Made by a program: the position numbers and the translations under genes
Shown here: positions 45,731-58,644 of the stretch, one piece after another
How the letters are laid out: each line of letters opens with the position of its first letter
Numbering within the stretch: the first letter of the stretch is position 1
NCBI GenBank assembly: GCA_030770535.1
Contig: JASVEC010000002.1
Coordinates: 682,001 to 746,000, forward strand
Direction of reading: 5' to 3'
Length of the DNA stretch: 64,000 bases
Origin: Batkoa obscura
Taxonomy: Eukaryota
The notes under the pieces: generated by a model
The model's database searches: none
Seen by the model: the letters and a program-made list of their open reading frames with translations, nothing else
Told to the model about the DNA's origin: nothing

Positions 45731-46576
45731 CTTTTATTAATTTTATAATAGTGGTAAAAACTTGAATGAAAATATGATAGAGCTAAGGCGTATTTATACT
45801 TTTTAATAGTATTGTTTGTTTTATAAGTCATGAGGTTTTAAACCTTTAGAATTTTAAAGAATTTTTTATTTTTAAGGCTTTTACACTTTTTTAATTTAAA
45901 TTTGTTAAAAATTTACCTTTCTATTGGTTCCATTTAATTCGATGATTATTTCAATTAGTTTATCAAAATGCATCCTGGTTACTTTTCATATATGCTATAG
46001 TAATATTCATAGTATTGGAGAATAAATATAAAAATATAAAAAGAGTAAAAAAGCTGTAGTTAAGATTTATAACTTTTATTAATTTTGGCCTTTTAATTTA
46101 GCTATACACGAATAAAGTATTAGAAAGAATAGTAGATTCATAACAATTCATCCACATGATCTTCAAAATTTTAATTCTAATCTTTTTTCTTTTTCAATCC
46201 AATTAAAAACTTCATTTTTAAGGGTTGTGCGCACTCTGCTATTGTCCTTGCTTAAGTTTAAACAAAACCTTTGTTTCGTCAATCAAGTTATATTTATCAA
46301 ATTCTTCAAAATAATCTTATTTCTTCTTGCTTATTTTTGAATAGATAAATGGAACACATAATTCAAGCACCTCTTTACTAAGTCCTAAAACTAAGGCTTA
46401 ATTTGAGATTATATTGATATCCCTTGCATAAGAGTAGGCATGAATATGAACTGTAATCAAAGGATAGTAGATATTATTGACATTAACACCAAGCTTATTC
46501 GACCTAATATAGCAGTGATAATAGATAATAACTAGAGAAATAGGCGTACAGGAAAAGTCACTAAATTGGAGGATAT

Positions 46577-46675
46577 CAAAGTGTTTTTTTAATTTCATCG
46601 TTTTTTCCATTTTTCAAAGTGCTATTTGAGTAGAATGATTATTAGTAGAATTCTTAAATAAAAAAATATACCCTC
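46577..46675. mobile_element. MITE family copy, degenerate
   Basis: Internal consensus retained, ATAT TSD. Confidence 0.8.
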
Positions 46676-47219
46676 ATATATTTAGAAAAATAGCGGGAAT
46701 TATTACGCATTTTTTGAATTAATTGTAATTGTACTAGGTAATAAAATGTTGGTAACAGAAACGAAAATAAGAGAAAATAAATTAAATTTGTAAGCTTTAC
46801 CTTCAAACCGCATTTTTTTATAGTTCTATCTTTACCACATTTATATAGTTTGCCTAGATGAAAGAAAAAAATGAAATGTGTTTAAATCCATAGAAAATAA
46901 GGGTTGTGTTGTGTTCCTGATTTCCTTAAAACAATCAAAATACATTTTGAATTAATTTCATAGTAAAATAATAGCAATTGAAAGTAACCAATTAGCAAAA
47001 AAACTGAAACAAAAGAATAGAACCTACCTGGCATTTCTATGTAACCTAAACTCTTGTCAAACTAAATGATGTTATGGTATAAAAATATAAGATAATGATG
47101 TGAATTAGATACATAGCACTACGTTAAAAAATTATTCGTTTTTATATGGCCTCAATAATGGTAAATTAAGTATCTTTGGCGTCATCGTATTTTCAGTTTT
47201 CATAAAAAAATTAGTATAT

Positions 47220-47318
47220 GGGGATGTATTTTTGTGTTTAAGAATTTTATTAACAATTTTTCCGCTTAAATAGCGCTTAAAAAATGGAAAAAATAATGAA
47301 GTTAAAAAAAATACTCCC
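47220..47318. mobile_element. MITE family copy
   Basis: GGGGATGT...ATACTCCC, ATAT TSD. Confidence 0.9.
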
Positions 47319-48927
47319 ATATTTTTATTCCAACAACTGAATACTAACTTTTGTATGGTTAATTTAAACCTAAAGCTCAACTTTACTCCGATTTTGATTT
47401 ACACCTACTTCAACTTTCTTACAAGCTACTTAATGTTCATTTATGGGTAAACTTTATGCTATAACTCAGATAAAATATAATAATCAGTGTTTGAAAAGTC
47501 AGTTGTGAATATTGTTTAACTATAAAAATTACTACTAAATAATTTGCGAAACGATTAAAAGAGTTGTATTACAAAAAAGGTAAATTAAGCATAAACAAAG
47601 AAAATAAAGGTCACGTTTTCTGTATTAAAGAAATTGTGTATGACCAAGGTTTGAATAAAAGACACATTTATCCAAACTTTGGTAATGAAAAAGATTAATT
47701 TACGTTCAAGAATGTGTAAAATTAGACAGAAAGTTAAGCTAAAATTCAAAATAGTTTGATTTCAAATTCAATTTACACAGGTCATATATAAAATCATATC
47801 TTCATTATTTCATAAAACTAAAAAGGACATCCTCATGACTTTTATTAACTTTTTTATATAATTTAATAGATATATAATTTACCTTTATTATCCTTTATTT
47901 TATCAATAGATCTTTATATAATATGATATTTTTTTCTAATTTGCTCTTATTTACTACTTTGTATCACTGCTTTTTCAAATAAAATCAACTTAAAAGGATT
48001 ATCAATAACTATTTACAGTATTTTAAAAAAGGAAGCAATGTTGTTTTTTTAAAACCTTGAAATAGTTTAGACTCTCAAGCGATCCATTGTTAGAGGTAAG
48101 TAGAGGTATAAAAAAGCCGAGTAATAAGTGAGGTGAGAGCTAGTCGAGGATAAGAAGGGAGCAAGGTGGGGCTTTATAACTTAATTTCAATGTATTTTCA
48201 AGCCTACGATATAAAGATGCTATTAATAAACACCTAAGTTAAGCTATGGTTTTTAGGATTAGTAGTTTAGTTCTTTAAACTATGTGTTCCAAGTTAAAAA
48301 ATAAAAGAAAGCTGTGTTCCAATTAGCTATTGGAATAAATAAGAAATTACTTAAATATTTCAAGAATTATAGAAATATATCTATTAAAAAACAACGGTTT
48401 AAATCAAATTCGAGTTTGATTTGATAATTAGTAAAATTAGCGAACTTTAATGTAAAGTTCTTATTGGCCTACTAGACTTAATCTTTAACAATTGCTTCAA
48501 ATTTAAAGTTAGAAGATCATAAGGATGAAATATTACGAATTTGTTATTATTTTATAAATACTTTAGTCTTGGAAGGTTGAATTAAACCTTAATAATCAAA
48601 AAGTTGGTATAGTTTTTACTCTCTTATATAGGATATCTATACTTCAAAGGTGTAAGTACTCATCCAAACTGTATGAAAAATGATCATAGATACTGATAAA
48701 CTAAATGAAATTAATCATTGAACAAACTCCAGCCAATGAAAAACAAAACTTCAACGGATTTGAATTGAAAATAGTATATAAACCATATAAATAATAGCAA
48801 TTCTTTAAATTCCCAAAGGTGAAAAACCTCATGACTGATAATGAACTATGGTACTAAAAAGTATAAATACGCATTAACATAAATAAATTTTAATTTAATT
48901 ACTAACAATATTATAAATTAATAAAGG

Positions 48928-50406
48928 ATGAAAGCCAATTTCTCTTTAATCTCTTTACTTTTAGCCCTTGAACTGGTCAGTGCCGTCAATCTTGTGCCCC
49001 CAGAGCTAACCATTGATGATACCATAGCCCCAGAAGTTTTCAATGTAAACTCACGTATGGCTGCTATCGCTTCAGACGATTATCAGCCTGGTGTTTACAA
49101 TCCCCAGTTTTTTGATCAATCAATCGACCATGTAAAAAATGATTCATTCAAACAAAGATACTATGTCAATGCTGATTATTACAAACCAGGAGGTCCTTCC
49201 TTCCTTTATATTTCTGGAGAATCTGCTAACTCTGCTACTAAAGTGTCCCGTGGTCTTGGTGCTTATTTAGCTAAAAAACATAATGGTATTTTATTCTCCT
49301 TAGAACATCGTTATTATGGTGTATCGTTGCCATTTAAAAACTTAACTGCTGCCAATTTGAAATATTTATCTTCAGACTATGGATTAAAGGATTTAGCTGC
49401 ATTTGCACAAAAGGTAGAGAACCCAGTAACTAAAAGGAGGTTAGTAGATACCAAATGGTATGCTATTGGTGGATCCTATGCTGGTGCTATGGCCGCTTGG
49501 ATCCGTCAAGATCGCCCTGATCTTTTTGATGGTGCTATTGCCTCTAGTGGCCCAGTTGAAGCTAAGTCGGACTTTTTCGAGTATGATCTTACTGTTGGTA
49601 AAGTACTTGGTGAGCAATGTTTAGATAGTATGAATGAAGTTACTCAATATGTTGATAAACTTTATGAAACCGATAAAGCTAAATTTTCACAAATCAAAAA
49701 TAGTTTTGGTTGTCAAGACTTAAAAGATGATGTTCAATTCCTTTATACTGTTGCTGATACTTTAGCTTATATGGTACAATATAGTCGTCCAACTTCCAAC
49801 CCTTCAGTAACTTCATTCTGTGATGGTTTCAAAAACAAAGCCTCAGTAGAAGACAAATTAAAGAATGTAGTTGATACCTTCCAACTATTCTATAAAAACA
49901 ATGGATTCACCTGCCCTGCTTTTGCTTCCGAAAGTGATTTGCTTAATCAAATACCTGGTGAACGTTCTAACATGCGCCAATGGAATTATCAGTGCTGTAC
50001 TGAGTTTGGATACTGGCAAACTGCCCCATCTGCAAATGTATCTGCACAAAAATCTACTCGTTCTAAATACTTAACTGTTGATTGGTTCAATAATTTTTTC
50101 TGCTCTAGTAAATATTATGGTAAATATGTAGGCCCACCAAACACAAATCACATCAATTACCGCCATGCTGGTAAATATATCGGCACAGATCGCATCATTT
50201 TTACTAATGGTGAAAAAGACCCTTGGGCTCAATTGTCTATTGATGATGTAAAACAATCTAGATACAATCGCCCTGTTATGGTAATCAAAGATGGTTCTCA
50301 TGTTACTGATTTGGGCACTCCAAATCCTAATAATACTCAGTCTTTACAAGATACTCAAAAGGTCATGATTGATACCATTGATCGTTGGATTAATCGTAGA
50401 TATTAA
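48928..50406 (+). CDS. Secreted serine carboxypeptidase, family S28 (copy B, inverted duplicate)
   Basis: Same motifs as copy A, with long identical blocks. Confidence 0.95.
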   Translation: MKANFSLISLLLALELVSAVNLVPPELTIDDTIAPEVFNVNSRMAAIASDDYQPGVYNPQFFDQSIDHVKNDSFKQRYYVNADYYKPGGPSFLYISGESANSATKVSRGLGAYLAKKHNGILFSLEHRYYGVSLPFKNLTAANLKYLSSDYGLKDLAAFAQKVENPVTKRRLVDTKWYAIGGSYAGAMAAWIRQDRPDLFDGAIASSGPVEAKSDFFEYDLTVGKVLGEQCLDSMNEVTQYVDKLYETDKAKFSQIKNSFGCQDLKDDVQFLYTVADTLAYMVQYSRPTSNPSVTSFCDGFKNKASVEDKLKNVVDTFQLFYKNNGFTCPAFASESDLLNQIPGERSNMRQWNYQCCTEFGYWQTAPSANVSAQKSTRSKYLTVDWFNNFFCSSKYYGKYVGPPNTNHINYRHAGKYIGTDRIIFTNGEKDPWAQLSIDDVKQSRYNRPVMVIKDGSHVTDLGTPNPNNTQSLQDTQKVMIDTIDRWINRRY

Positions 50407-50760
50407 AAGTAATGGAAATTAATAAATGTTATTTGAATTGTACATATTCTATAATTGAGAAATAAACTAAAAGCAGATCTTTTGATTTTGAATATAAAAA
50501 ATATTAATATTTATAAGACTAGCAGCTTCAATATAATATACTCAGCTTATATAGCTATTCAATAAATTGACATTAGGTGAACTTTATTGTCAAGAATTTT
50601 TAGTTGAAGCACAATAAAATATATTTGTTCATCAAAGAAATTACAATACAACTTAAAGGCACTTAGCGCCTTAGCGCTGTTTTCCAGGAGCTGAAAGCAA
50701 TTAGATAAACTAAAAGTAAATATTTGCCATCCTCGTACCATTATAGCCAATAAAACATAT

Positions 50761-50855
50761 GGGACTGTTTTTTTTGGTTTCATTGTTTTTCATTTTTTAA
50801 GTGCTATTTGAATGGAAAATTGTAATAAAATTCTTGAACAAAAAAATACATCCCC
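50761..50855. mobile_element. MITE family copy
   Basis: GGGACTGT...ACATCCCC, ATAT TSD. Confidence 0.9.
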
Positions 50856-51216
50856 ATATATTAATAGATATGACATTAATTTACATTCAATCAGTATGGT
50901 AGGTTTATGACTTAAAGCCCGAGGTAGTCCTGAAAGTTGACAAAACGAACTCAATTACCATGATTCCTTAATAAAATTTGAGTTTTTCTGAAAGGACTAA
51001 CTTCGGTATTTATAAATCAGATATTTGATATTCATCTAAAATGTAAAGTTTACTTGAAGTTTTACTCGAAATTTTTTATACTATCATAATATATAAAATC
51101 AATTTACATTATATTTTATTTATATCTTAAAATGTGATTATAACCCGCATCACTTAGTAACCCTATATATCAAATCAATAAAACATTTCTAATATACCAT
51201 GGCTTTCACTAACCTT

Positions 51217-53792
51217 TTAAAAATGGGTCATTTTCTGGGGTTGAGAATTACGATCTAACAGCTCAATCATTGAATCATTACCCCTAGAAGTAATTTGTTG
51301 AATGGAACTTTCACTGACCATGGATCCTGGAGTAGTCCTTCCCGATTCTGGAAACGCAAACTTACCTGGTGAAAACATATCAGCATTCTGAGCAGTCAAG
51401 TGGCTGACCTTTTCTAATTCCGGTATAGCGTTCAAAACAATGGGATCCACTTCGAGAGATAATAACTCTTGAGAAAATGCTGGGTGATGGAACTGAGAAC
51501 TGAAATCTATTGGACGTGGTGAATTCTGGTCTTTTTTACCATTGTAATTTCTATAAGGTGAACGCCAATCAATATACTCTACTTTAGAGTCCAACCATGC
51601 TTGATGTACTAAAGAAGCTACTAAAGTGATAAATGGAAGTGGTAGAACACTCATCCATTGAGTGTCACTTACTTCTATACATAAAAACACTAAAAGCAGG
51701 AAGAACTGAGATAGGATAAGTGCAGCTACAATTCGATTAAAAGCTGTTTTCCATAACCTACCTCCTGTTTCAATACTAGTTTGATAAACATACATAAGTT
51801 GGTGTTTATATACAAAATAAGCAACAAGTGAATTAACAATACCAAAAGGAATAACTAAAGGTGCAGGCGTAGCAAACAACAAAATCAAACTGAAATTAAA
51901 GCATTGCATAGCGTAGATAACGGAATATTCAAAAGGTTGAGGTTGACTAAACTCTTTAAGATCTCTTGAAGAATATCTTAAAAAATATTTTTGAATCGTA
52001 CGTCGAGTCATACTAATGATTTGAACTAACTCAAACAAATAACTTAATGTTTTAATGGATAATTGATTTGCCCAAAAAGCAGATACTTTTACTAACCCTA
52101 AAGCTAAGCTGGTACCCGTCGATTTTATTACATTCCGGAAATTCTCTAAAAAGTTATTCGAACTGGTAGTATCTACCTTCAATAAGGCTCCTATTAAATC
52201 CGGTAATACTGCAATCAAATTGAAAAATATCAAATAGTTAAGTATTAAAAAGGAATAGTATTTTGATAATAAGCGTCGATCTACTGAGCTATGTGTTGTT
52301 GCACCTTGATAAATAGATAATCTTTTTAAAATAAACTGTACAGTAAGCATAGATGCTATCACAAGAATAGGAGAAATGATACCTTGCAATAAAACGGAAG
52401 AAGCGGTATCTCTGGCCAACTCACTATTACCAGTAATGGTACGAAGATGGGTAGGATTAGTCAAACCAGTGATAATAGTTAACGGGATAATACTCCCCAA
52501 TAAAATAGCTACAAACATAACACTAAAAATCAAACCATTTTTACGTACCTTTTGACGCGAATATTGCGCATTATTCCAGATCAGATCATCCGGTTTAGGT
52601 GCAAGGGCAAACTCTGGCATATCTTTGAGTCCATTTAATTTAGAGCCTACTCCCTTTTCAAGCTCTTGCATAGAAATATGTGCTGCAAAAGCATCCTGGA
52701 ATGAAATAAACGCTACATTAGAAGGTGGCAAATTACTTGCATAATCTCTTATTTCTTTAATCTCTACATCAAGTTCAAGGATTCTCCTAGTATAATAAGT
52801 GATGGAATCTACTTTTTCACCTTTCTTGAATAGACCTGTAACTTTTAAATGGTGCGTTGGACGTGATGGTTTAATGTTTCCAGATTTATCGATACATCTA
52901 GTTACTACTGTTTCCAGCTCACGTATACATTGATTATATTCAAATATAAGTTCCGGTAAATGACCGACTTTAGGGATGATGGAACATTGAAGGGCCTTAT
53001 ATCTTAAATCTAAATTATTGATCATATTTTTCAAAACTTCTTGGTCTTGAAGATGCTCCGGTATACGGAGCGCCATTATAGTCCTACCATTAAGAGATTC
53101 TTGATACTCTTTTGAATTAAAATACTCATGGCGTAAGTTGATGTATTCCACATTATTTCGATAAATCAAATATCCAACCAGCAAGACTGAAAACCAAGCA
53201 AATACCACTGAGCCCCAAATAAGGTTGCGTTGATTTTCTCCAAACCCAGAAAGACTGAGCAATTGTAAATCAAAACTTCCAAACCCTGATTTACCAGAAT
53301 CTTTAATACTTGAATCTGTATTTTTATTGCCTGTACTTCCAAAGTAATTGATCACAGTTAAAGCAATCCCAAACAAAAATACTGACAAACAGTAGGTTAT
53401 AATCAGTTTTACAAACCTTAAAAACATAACAGCATCTAAACCACAAACTTGTAGGATTTCTGCTTCCGTCGTCCGCCATACTGGCCGTATCCAATCAAAT
53501 AAACCAGATCCAATCTTTGGAAATTTTTTACTATTTTAAGTTAGTATTGTTTTTTATTAGTATACTTTAATTTACTTTTTATCTAGCAGCTTTTGTCTTC
53601 GATGATAAACAGCTAAAAAATGAATAAAATTTTGGAGCAAAATTATATTTTATTACCTCCATTGTTGGGTCTTAAAATAGAAAAAATGACAAAAATACTA
53701 GCACCGATGCATAGATTGATACCATTTTGATATAAAAAAGACTTTACGGATACTGGGTCTTTTTTAGTTATTGAACTCAGTAAATCACTCAT
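51217..53792 (-). CDS. OSCA/TMEM63/CSC1 (DUF221) osmo- or mechanosensitive cation channel, 3 exons
   Basis: ATG 53792; GT-AG introns 53613-53656 and 53531-53575. Motifs ILRP..AVY, GLDAVMFLRF, AFISF, APKPDDLIWNN and YKHQLMYVY..ETGGRLW. Confidence 0.92.
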
Positions 53793-54430
53793 TAAATTAA
53801 TTAAGATAAAAAATTATAAATTATTTTTTTAAGAACAAGGTATAAAAAAACAAAATTAATTGTTTTTAATTTATGGAGAAAAGTGGATTTCTTTATTTTA
53901 AATTTCTTGGTTCAGAGATTTGATTGGTGAGTTGGAACTATTAATAAATTTTAAGCTCATTTATTAGAAGGCATTCTAATAATGGTGTTTTCATGGTTTT
54001 TTCATATACTTTTTTGATGAATTCACACTCTCAAGTTGTGAAGTTTTAATTGTTATTTTTAGATTAAATGAAGCATTTAATTGGTAACTGCTACGATAGT
54101 AAGAAATAAATTACAAAAATGAATATATGAGAAAGTTTATTTTTAATAAAAGATAACCAATGGTTTGCCCATTTCAAGAATAAAGATTGGTGCCAAAAAC
54201 CAAGTGTCTATGGATGTGACACTGGTCACGTGCCCTACCTCTCCCATACTTCAATATCTTAATTTTGTTGCTAATAAAGCCATTTTGAGGATTAAAACAT
54301 TAGTTTGACTTATATATCTATCCGTAATAGCATAGACTAACAAATACCATCTTTCTACTTTAAAAAATCTGTCAGTACTTAAGTAAGAAACATGGAATTA
54401 AGTTGCAATTGTGGTTGACATCTTACACTC

Positions 54431-54722
54431 AATGAGTTGTTTAAAAAGAGTTGAGGGCCTATGAGCTCGATCTCTTTAATACATTTCAGGATACAGAACT
54501 ATAGCGCCCTGTCATTAACTAGACATTGTTCGAAGCAGAGGTGTTTTGCTTCGAATTTTAGTCTAATGACCCTGAATAAACTGCTAGCTTTGATTGTTAT
54601 AGCTCATTATGTTAATTTATTTGGTGAGGTTTATTGAGTTATTATGGTTAACAAGAATACTGCTAAAGTAAAGCACTTCGTGCTATCTGCTTATTATCTA
54701 GCATAAAGATCATAGGAAGACA
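54431..54722 (+). ncRNA. Candidate structured non-coding RNA, family unassigned
   Basis: Several nested stems with G-U pairs favouring the + strand, a possible pseudoknot, and an ANANNA box between two 3' hairpins (see findings). Confidence 0.5.
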
Positions 54723-54892
54723 TACAATTTTGTTAAAAAAATCAAACTGTTCTCAATATCGAATCCTCAACTTTATAAAGAAATGGTATAGCTGATAAGT
54801 TATATGTAAACCTTTTAAATATATTAATACGGAGATAATAACAATATTCGTATATTAGTTTATTCAGCTCATTCTGATAATAAATTTAATAT

Positions 54893-54990
54893 GAAGATGT
54901 ACTTTTATGTTTAATAATTTTACTAATAATTTTCCACTCAAATAGCGCTTAAAAGATAGAAAAAGCAATGAAACTAAAAAAAACATCCTT
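54893..54990. mobile_element. MITE family copy
   Basis: GAAGATGT...ACATCCTT, ATAT TSD. Confidence 0.85.
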
Positions 54991-55511
54991 ATATATTTAC
55001 AATGAAAAAGCTAATTTAAATTATTACAATATAAATAATATTTAAATAAATTTAAATATAATTTATTAAATGAAATGTCAGAAAGTGCCCAAATGATAGC
55101 ACATGAGTTAATCAGAAGGTGAAAAAACATGTTAAAGTTGACTTAGTATTATAAATTATACTTTTGACAAATAAAATAAAGTTTTAACCGAATTTAGTTT
55201 TATATAAAACTGTTTTTTTAAAGTATACTAAACTAGTTGGTTGAGAAATCAGGCACTAATAAGTTGACAGGACTTTAGATATAATAAGGATTTTTTAGTG
55301 GAAGTCATAATTTATTTAGAACTACTATTTTTATCAAATTAGGGTAATTTCATGTAAAAAATTGATATAAGATATAGTTTTCATAATGTGTAATTGTCAT
55401 TTTTATCACCTTAGAAAAAGTAGTGAATGAATAGTTAATTAATAAAATAGAGGTCGATGTAAATAGATGTAAGAAGATAATTAGTATATTAGTAAAACAA
55501 GAAGAATAACT

Positions 55512-55604
55512 GGGGATGTTTTTTTCGATTTCATTACTTTTCCATTTTTCAAGCGCTATTTGAGCAGAAAAATTCTAGTAAAATTCTTAAAAAAATACAT
55601 CTCC
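55512..55604. mobile_element. MITE family copy
   Basis: GGGGATGT...ACATCTCC, AACT/AATT flanks. Confidence 0.88.
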
Positions 55605-55847
55605 AATTAATATTTTGAATTATTCCTTTATAGCATTTAATTTTGAATTATTATTTGATATTAAAAAAAACTCTAAGTAAATTCAATTCCCTTAACAATT
55701 AACATAAACGAATAATACAAATATAAAAAGTAATCTATATAATGATATAAAAGGAAACAAGGAACTAGAAATAAAGTTAACAAATGTTAATTTACCTTTT
55801 TTCAAATATTAATTATTTTCTTAATCTGCACCCAGCAATATCTTATA

Positions 55848-57983
55848 ATGTTAGACTTCCTTGACTATTTTTTGAAACGAGAAATCAAAGTAACCCTCAG
55901 TTCCTTTATCTATCAAAAATTAGTATGAGTATTGATAGCTTTATTCTTATTACTTCTACTCTCGATACTAAAAGCTTCTGACAACAGTAATCCAATTATA
56001 TATTAAACAGTAACTTTTATCAATTATACTTAATACTAGCTATTTACGATAAACGGAAAAAACCGAAGGATTTGGGTAAATTTCGGTAAAACGGTAAAGG
56101 AATAAAGACATAAAATTAATTCAATATAACTAGGAAGCAGAACTCTAGACTAGATCAATGTTTGGTTGATTGGATCTACCCAACGTGGTACACAATAGAT
56201 GATGAAGTTTTAAAAACATATGGTTTAGATGTTTATATGTTTAGATGTTTATATGTTTATATGTTTTTAAACTTCATTCATTTGATATTGACTTTCAGCT
56301 TAGTATTTTTTCCTTTTGCAATAGTGTTAATCATTTTCAATTATATTCTTGGTAATTGAAGTAGGGGAAGACCCAAGGAATTCCAATGGAAGTTCAATTT
56401 ACAAGTATTTAATCTGTTGGGCCAATCAAGAAGTAATGTAATTTGGGCTAATACTACTTTTTCTTGGATTTCAGTTGCTACTATTTGGCTTCTGATTTAT
56501 AGGTATATTTTGGAATATATTCATCTGAGGCAAGTTTATTTTGGACCAGAAAAGTATATGGAATTGGATAGTAGTTTAGAAATTATAGTATTGAATTTAC
56601 CAATGGAGTTAAGAGACCAATAAAAGTTTAAGAGATTTGTAGGTGAGTTGAATTTAAGATTTAAAGTTAAAGATTGTTTTGTAGTGTTTAAAGCATCAAA
56701 GCTCGTTCAACATGTTAAAAATATAACTGTTTGATAGAAGAAGTAGAAATCAAATTGATGACAAACGTAGATAGATCTGGTTGCTGCAAACAGATTGGTT
56801 TTAAAAATAAACTTAAAAACCCATTCTTTATCAAAACAGAAAATAAACTAAATCGATTTGACGCTATTTCCATCAACTTTTACAACTCAACGAAAACATA
56901 TAATTTGATTCAAGATGATTGAATTAATTATTAACTATGGTTTTTATTTCTTTCGAAGATCTATACAAAGTACACTTTGCTATTCAAGAATTAGAGAAGG
57001 ATATAGGTTCCAAATTAGAAATTATAATTAATCCACCTGATTTTATATTAACACTACACCCATAAGATATAATATGGGATAACATACAACCCAGCTATGA
57101 AAATAGAACAAAAAAATCTGCTTTCTATATTTTACTTTTCTTAATTATTTATTGTTAACCGCAATTTCAATCATCATTGCTACCGGCTTACCAACCACTA
57201 CTCTCATCAATTCAATTACTGAAAATAAGTGGCATCTGGACACTAAGGTGGCCGAAAAGATGCTACTAAATGGTGCTGCATCCCCGTTAGTCGTATTATG
57301 GGTCATATTAATTATGCAATATATTTTAAAAAAATCTTCAATTTGTCAAGGAGCAAACGGGAATGTTTTTTTTGGCTTAATTACTTTTTCTATCTTTTAA
57401 GCGCTATTTGAGCGGAAAAATTGCTACTAAAATTCTTAAATACAAAAACATCCCCAAATAGTCATTCTGTAGATCGAAGAATATTGTCCAAATATTTTGC
57501 TTTTTTATCGATTAGTTACTTAATAGCAACTAATGTAATAACCGTTTTGTCAGGTGTGATAAAAGATATGTAAGAGGCTAGTATGCATTTATCAAAAGGT
57601 TTTATAGAAACAAGTTGTCATTTAATTATGTCCATTATTACTAAAGCAACAGACAATGTTATTACCTCTGTATTTTGAACTAATCAATTAGCTGTCAATG
57701 TTTAAGTTATTTAGTAAAATTTATAAAAATCATAAGTTTTCTTAAATATATGATTCATAGTTATACTTTTTATTACTTACCAAGTGTACTTAAATTGTTC
57801 ACTTCTCCTCAGTCTTTTGATTGCTCTACCGATTATATACGTCAATATCTTAATTCAAATATTTTATTATTATTACCCACCTCTTCACTCATTATAATTC
57901 CATTTGTAATCATCAATTCAACAATTCGATATTTTATTTATAAACATCAATTATTAAACTAACACCAGAGAAGAACAGTATTT
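55848..57983 (+). pseudogene. OSCA/TMEM63 pseudogene, inverted paralogue of 51217-53792
   Basis: Collinear fragments (SFIYQ, DWIYPTW..YGLDVYMF, YIHLRQVYF, QELEKDIGSKL, QGA..SHSVDRRILSKY, YKHQLLN) with many stops and frameshifts, a MITE insertion and a 3' truncation. Confidence 0.88.
57359..57455. mobile_element. MITE copy inserted in the OSCA pseudogene
   Basis: AAAC/AAAT flanks. Removing it restores QGANSHSVDRRILSKY. Confidence 0.9.
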
Positions 57984-58438
57984 GGGGTTGTCCGAATTGG
58001 TTCCAGAATTTACTTAAATTAATCCAAATTTTAAATTTTTAAATTTGTGTCTAATGTTATTTCTGTTAAATATTTAATAGATATATAACTATATGATTAT
58101 ATAAATAGAGTTATTGACTTTATTTTTTGTTGAAGCAAAAATAAAATGCAAACTTTCATAACTAAACTTCGAAATGGAATTCTTGAAAATTTCAATATAA
58201 TAGGGAAGAGTATACAATATAAACATTGCAATACATTTACACCAATTTTAACAACTACTTACAACAACCCAGGATTTATGGAATTTTATAATAAAACAAA
58301 AAAAGAAAAGATATACTGTCAAAGTTTACTATTGATGATAATAAGCTTAATAATAACGCTACTTGTTGATTTTTATTTCCTGTTTCCCTTAGAGGACTAA
58401 TTTTATACGTTGTTTGATTAGTTATAGCTTGATTATAT

Positions 58439-58535
58439 GGGGATGTATTTTTGTGTTTAAGAATTTTTTTAATAGCTTTTCCACTCAAATAGCGCTTAAA
58501 AATGCAAAAAGTAATGAAGTCAAAAAAACACCCCC
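58439..58535. mobile_element. MITE family copy (nested)
   Basis: GGGGATGT...ACACCCCC, ATAT TSD. Confidence 0.9.
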
Positions 58536-58644
58536 ATATTCTTTCAATGAATGTAAAAGTTTTGGGTTTAATATAAATAGAAATCAACATGATTATTCAA
58601 AAATAAGTAATAATAGCAATAAAATATCAACGTTGCAACCTATT

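Noticed and set aside
54478..54504. ATACATTTCAGGATACAGAACTATAG resembles the 5' end of U3 snoRNA
   Set aside because: The box A core (GATCATTTCT) is not conserved, and boxes C', B, C and D are not found in order.
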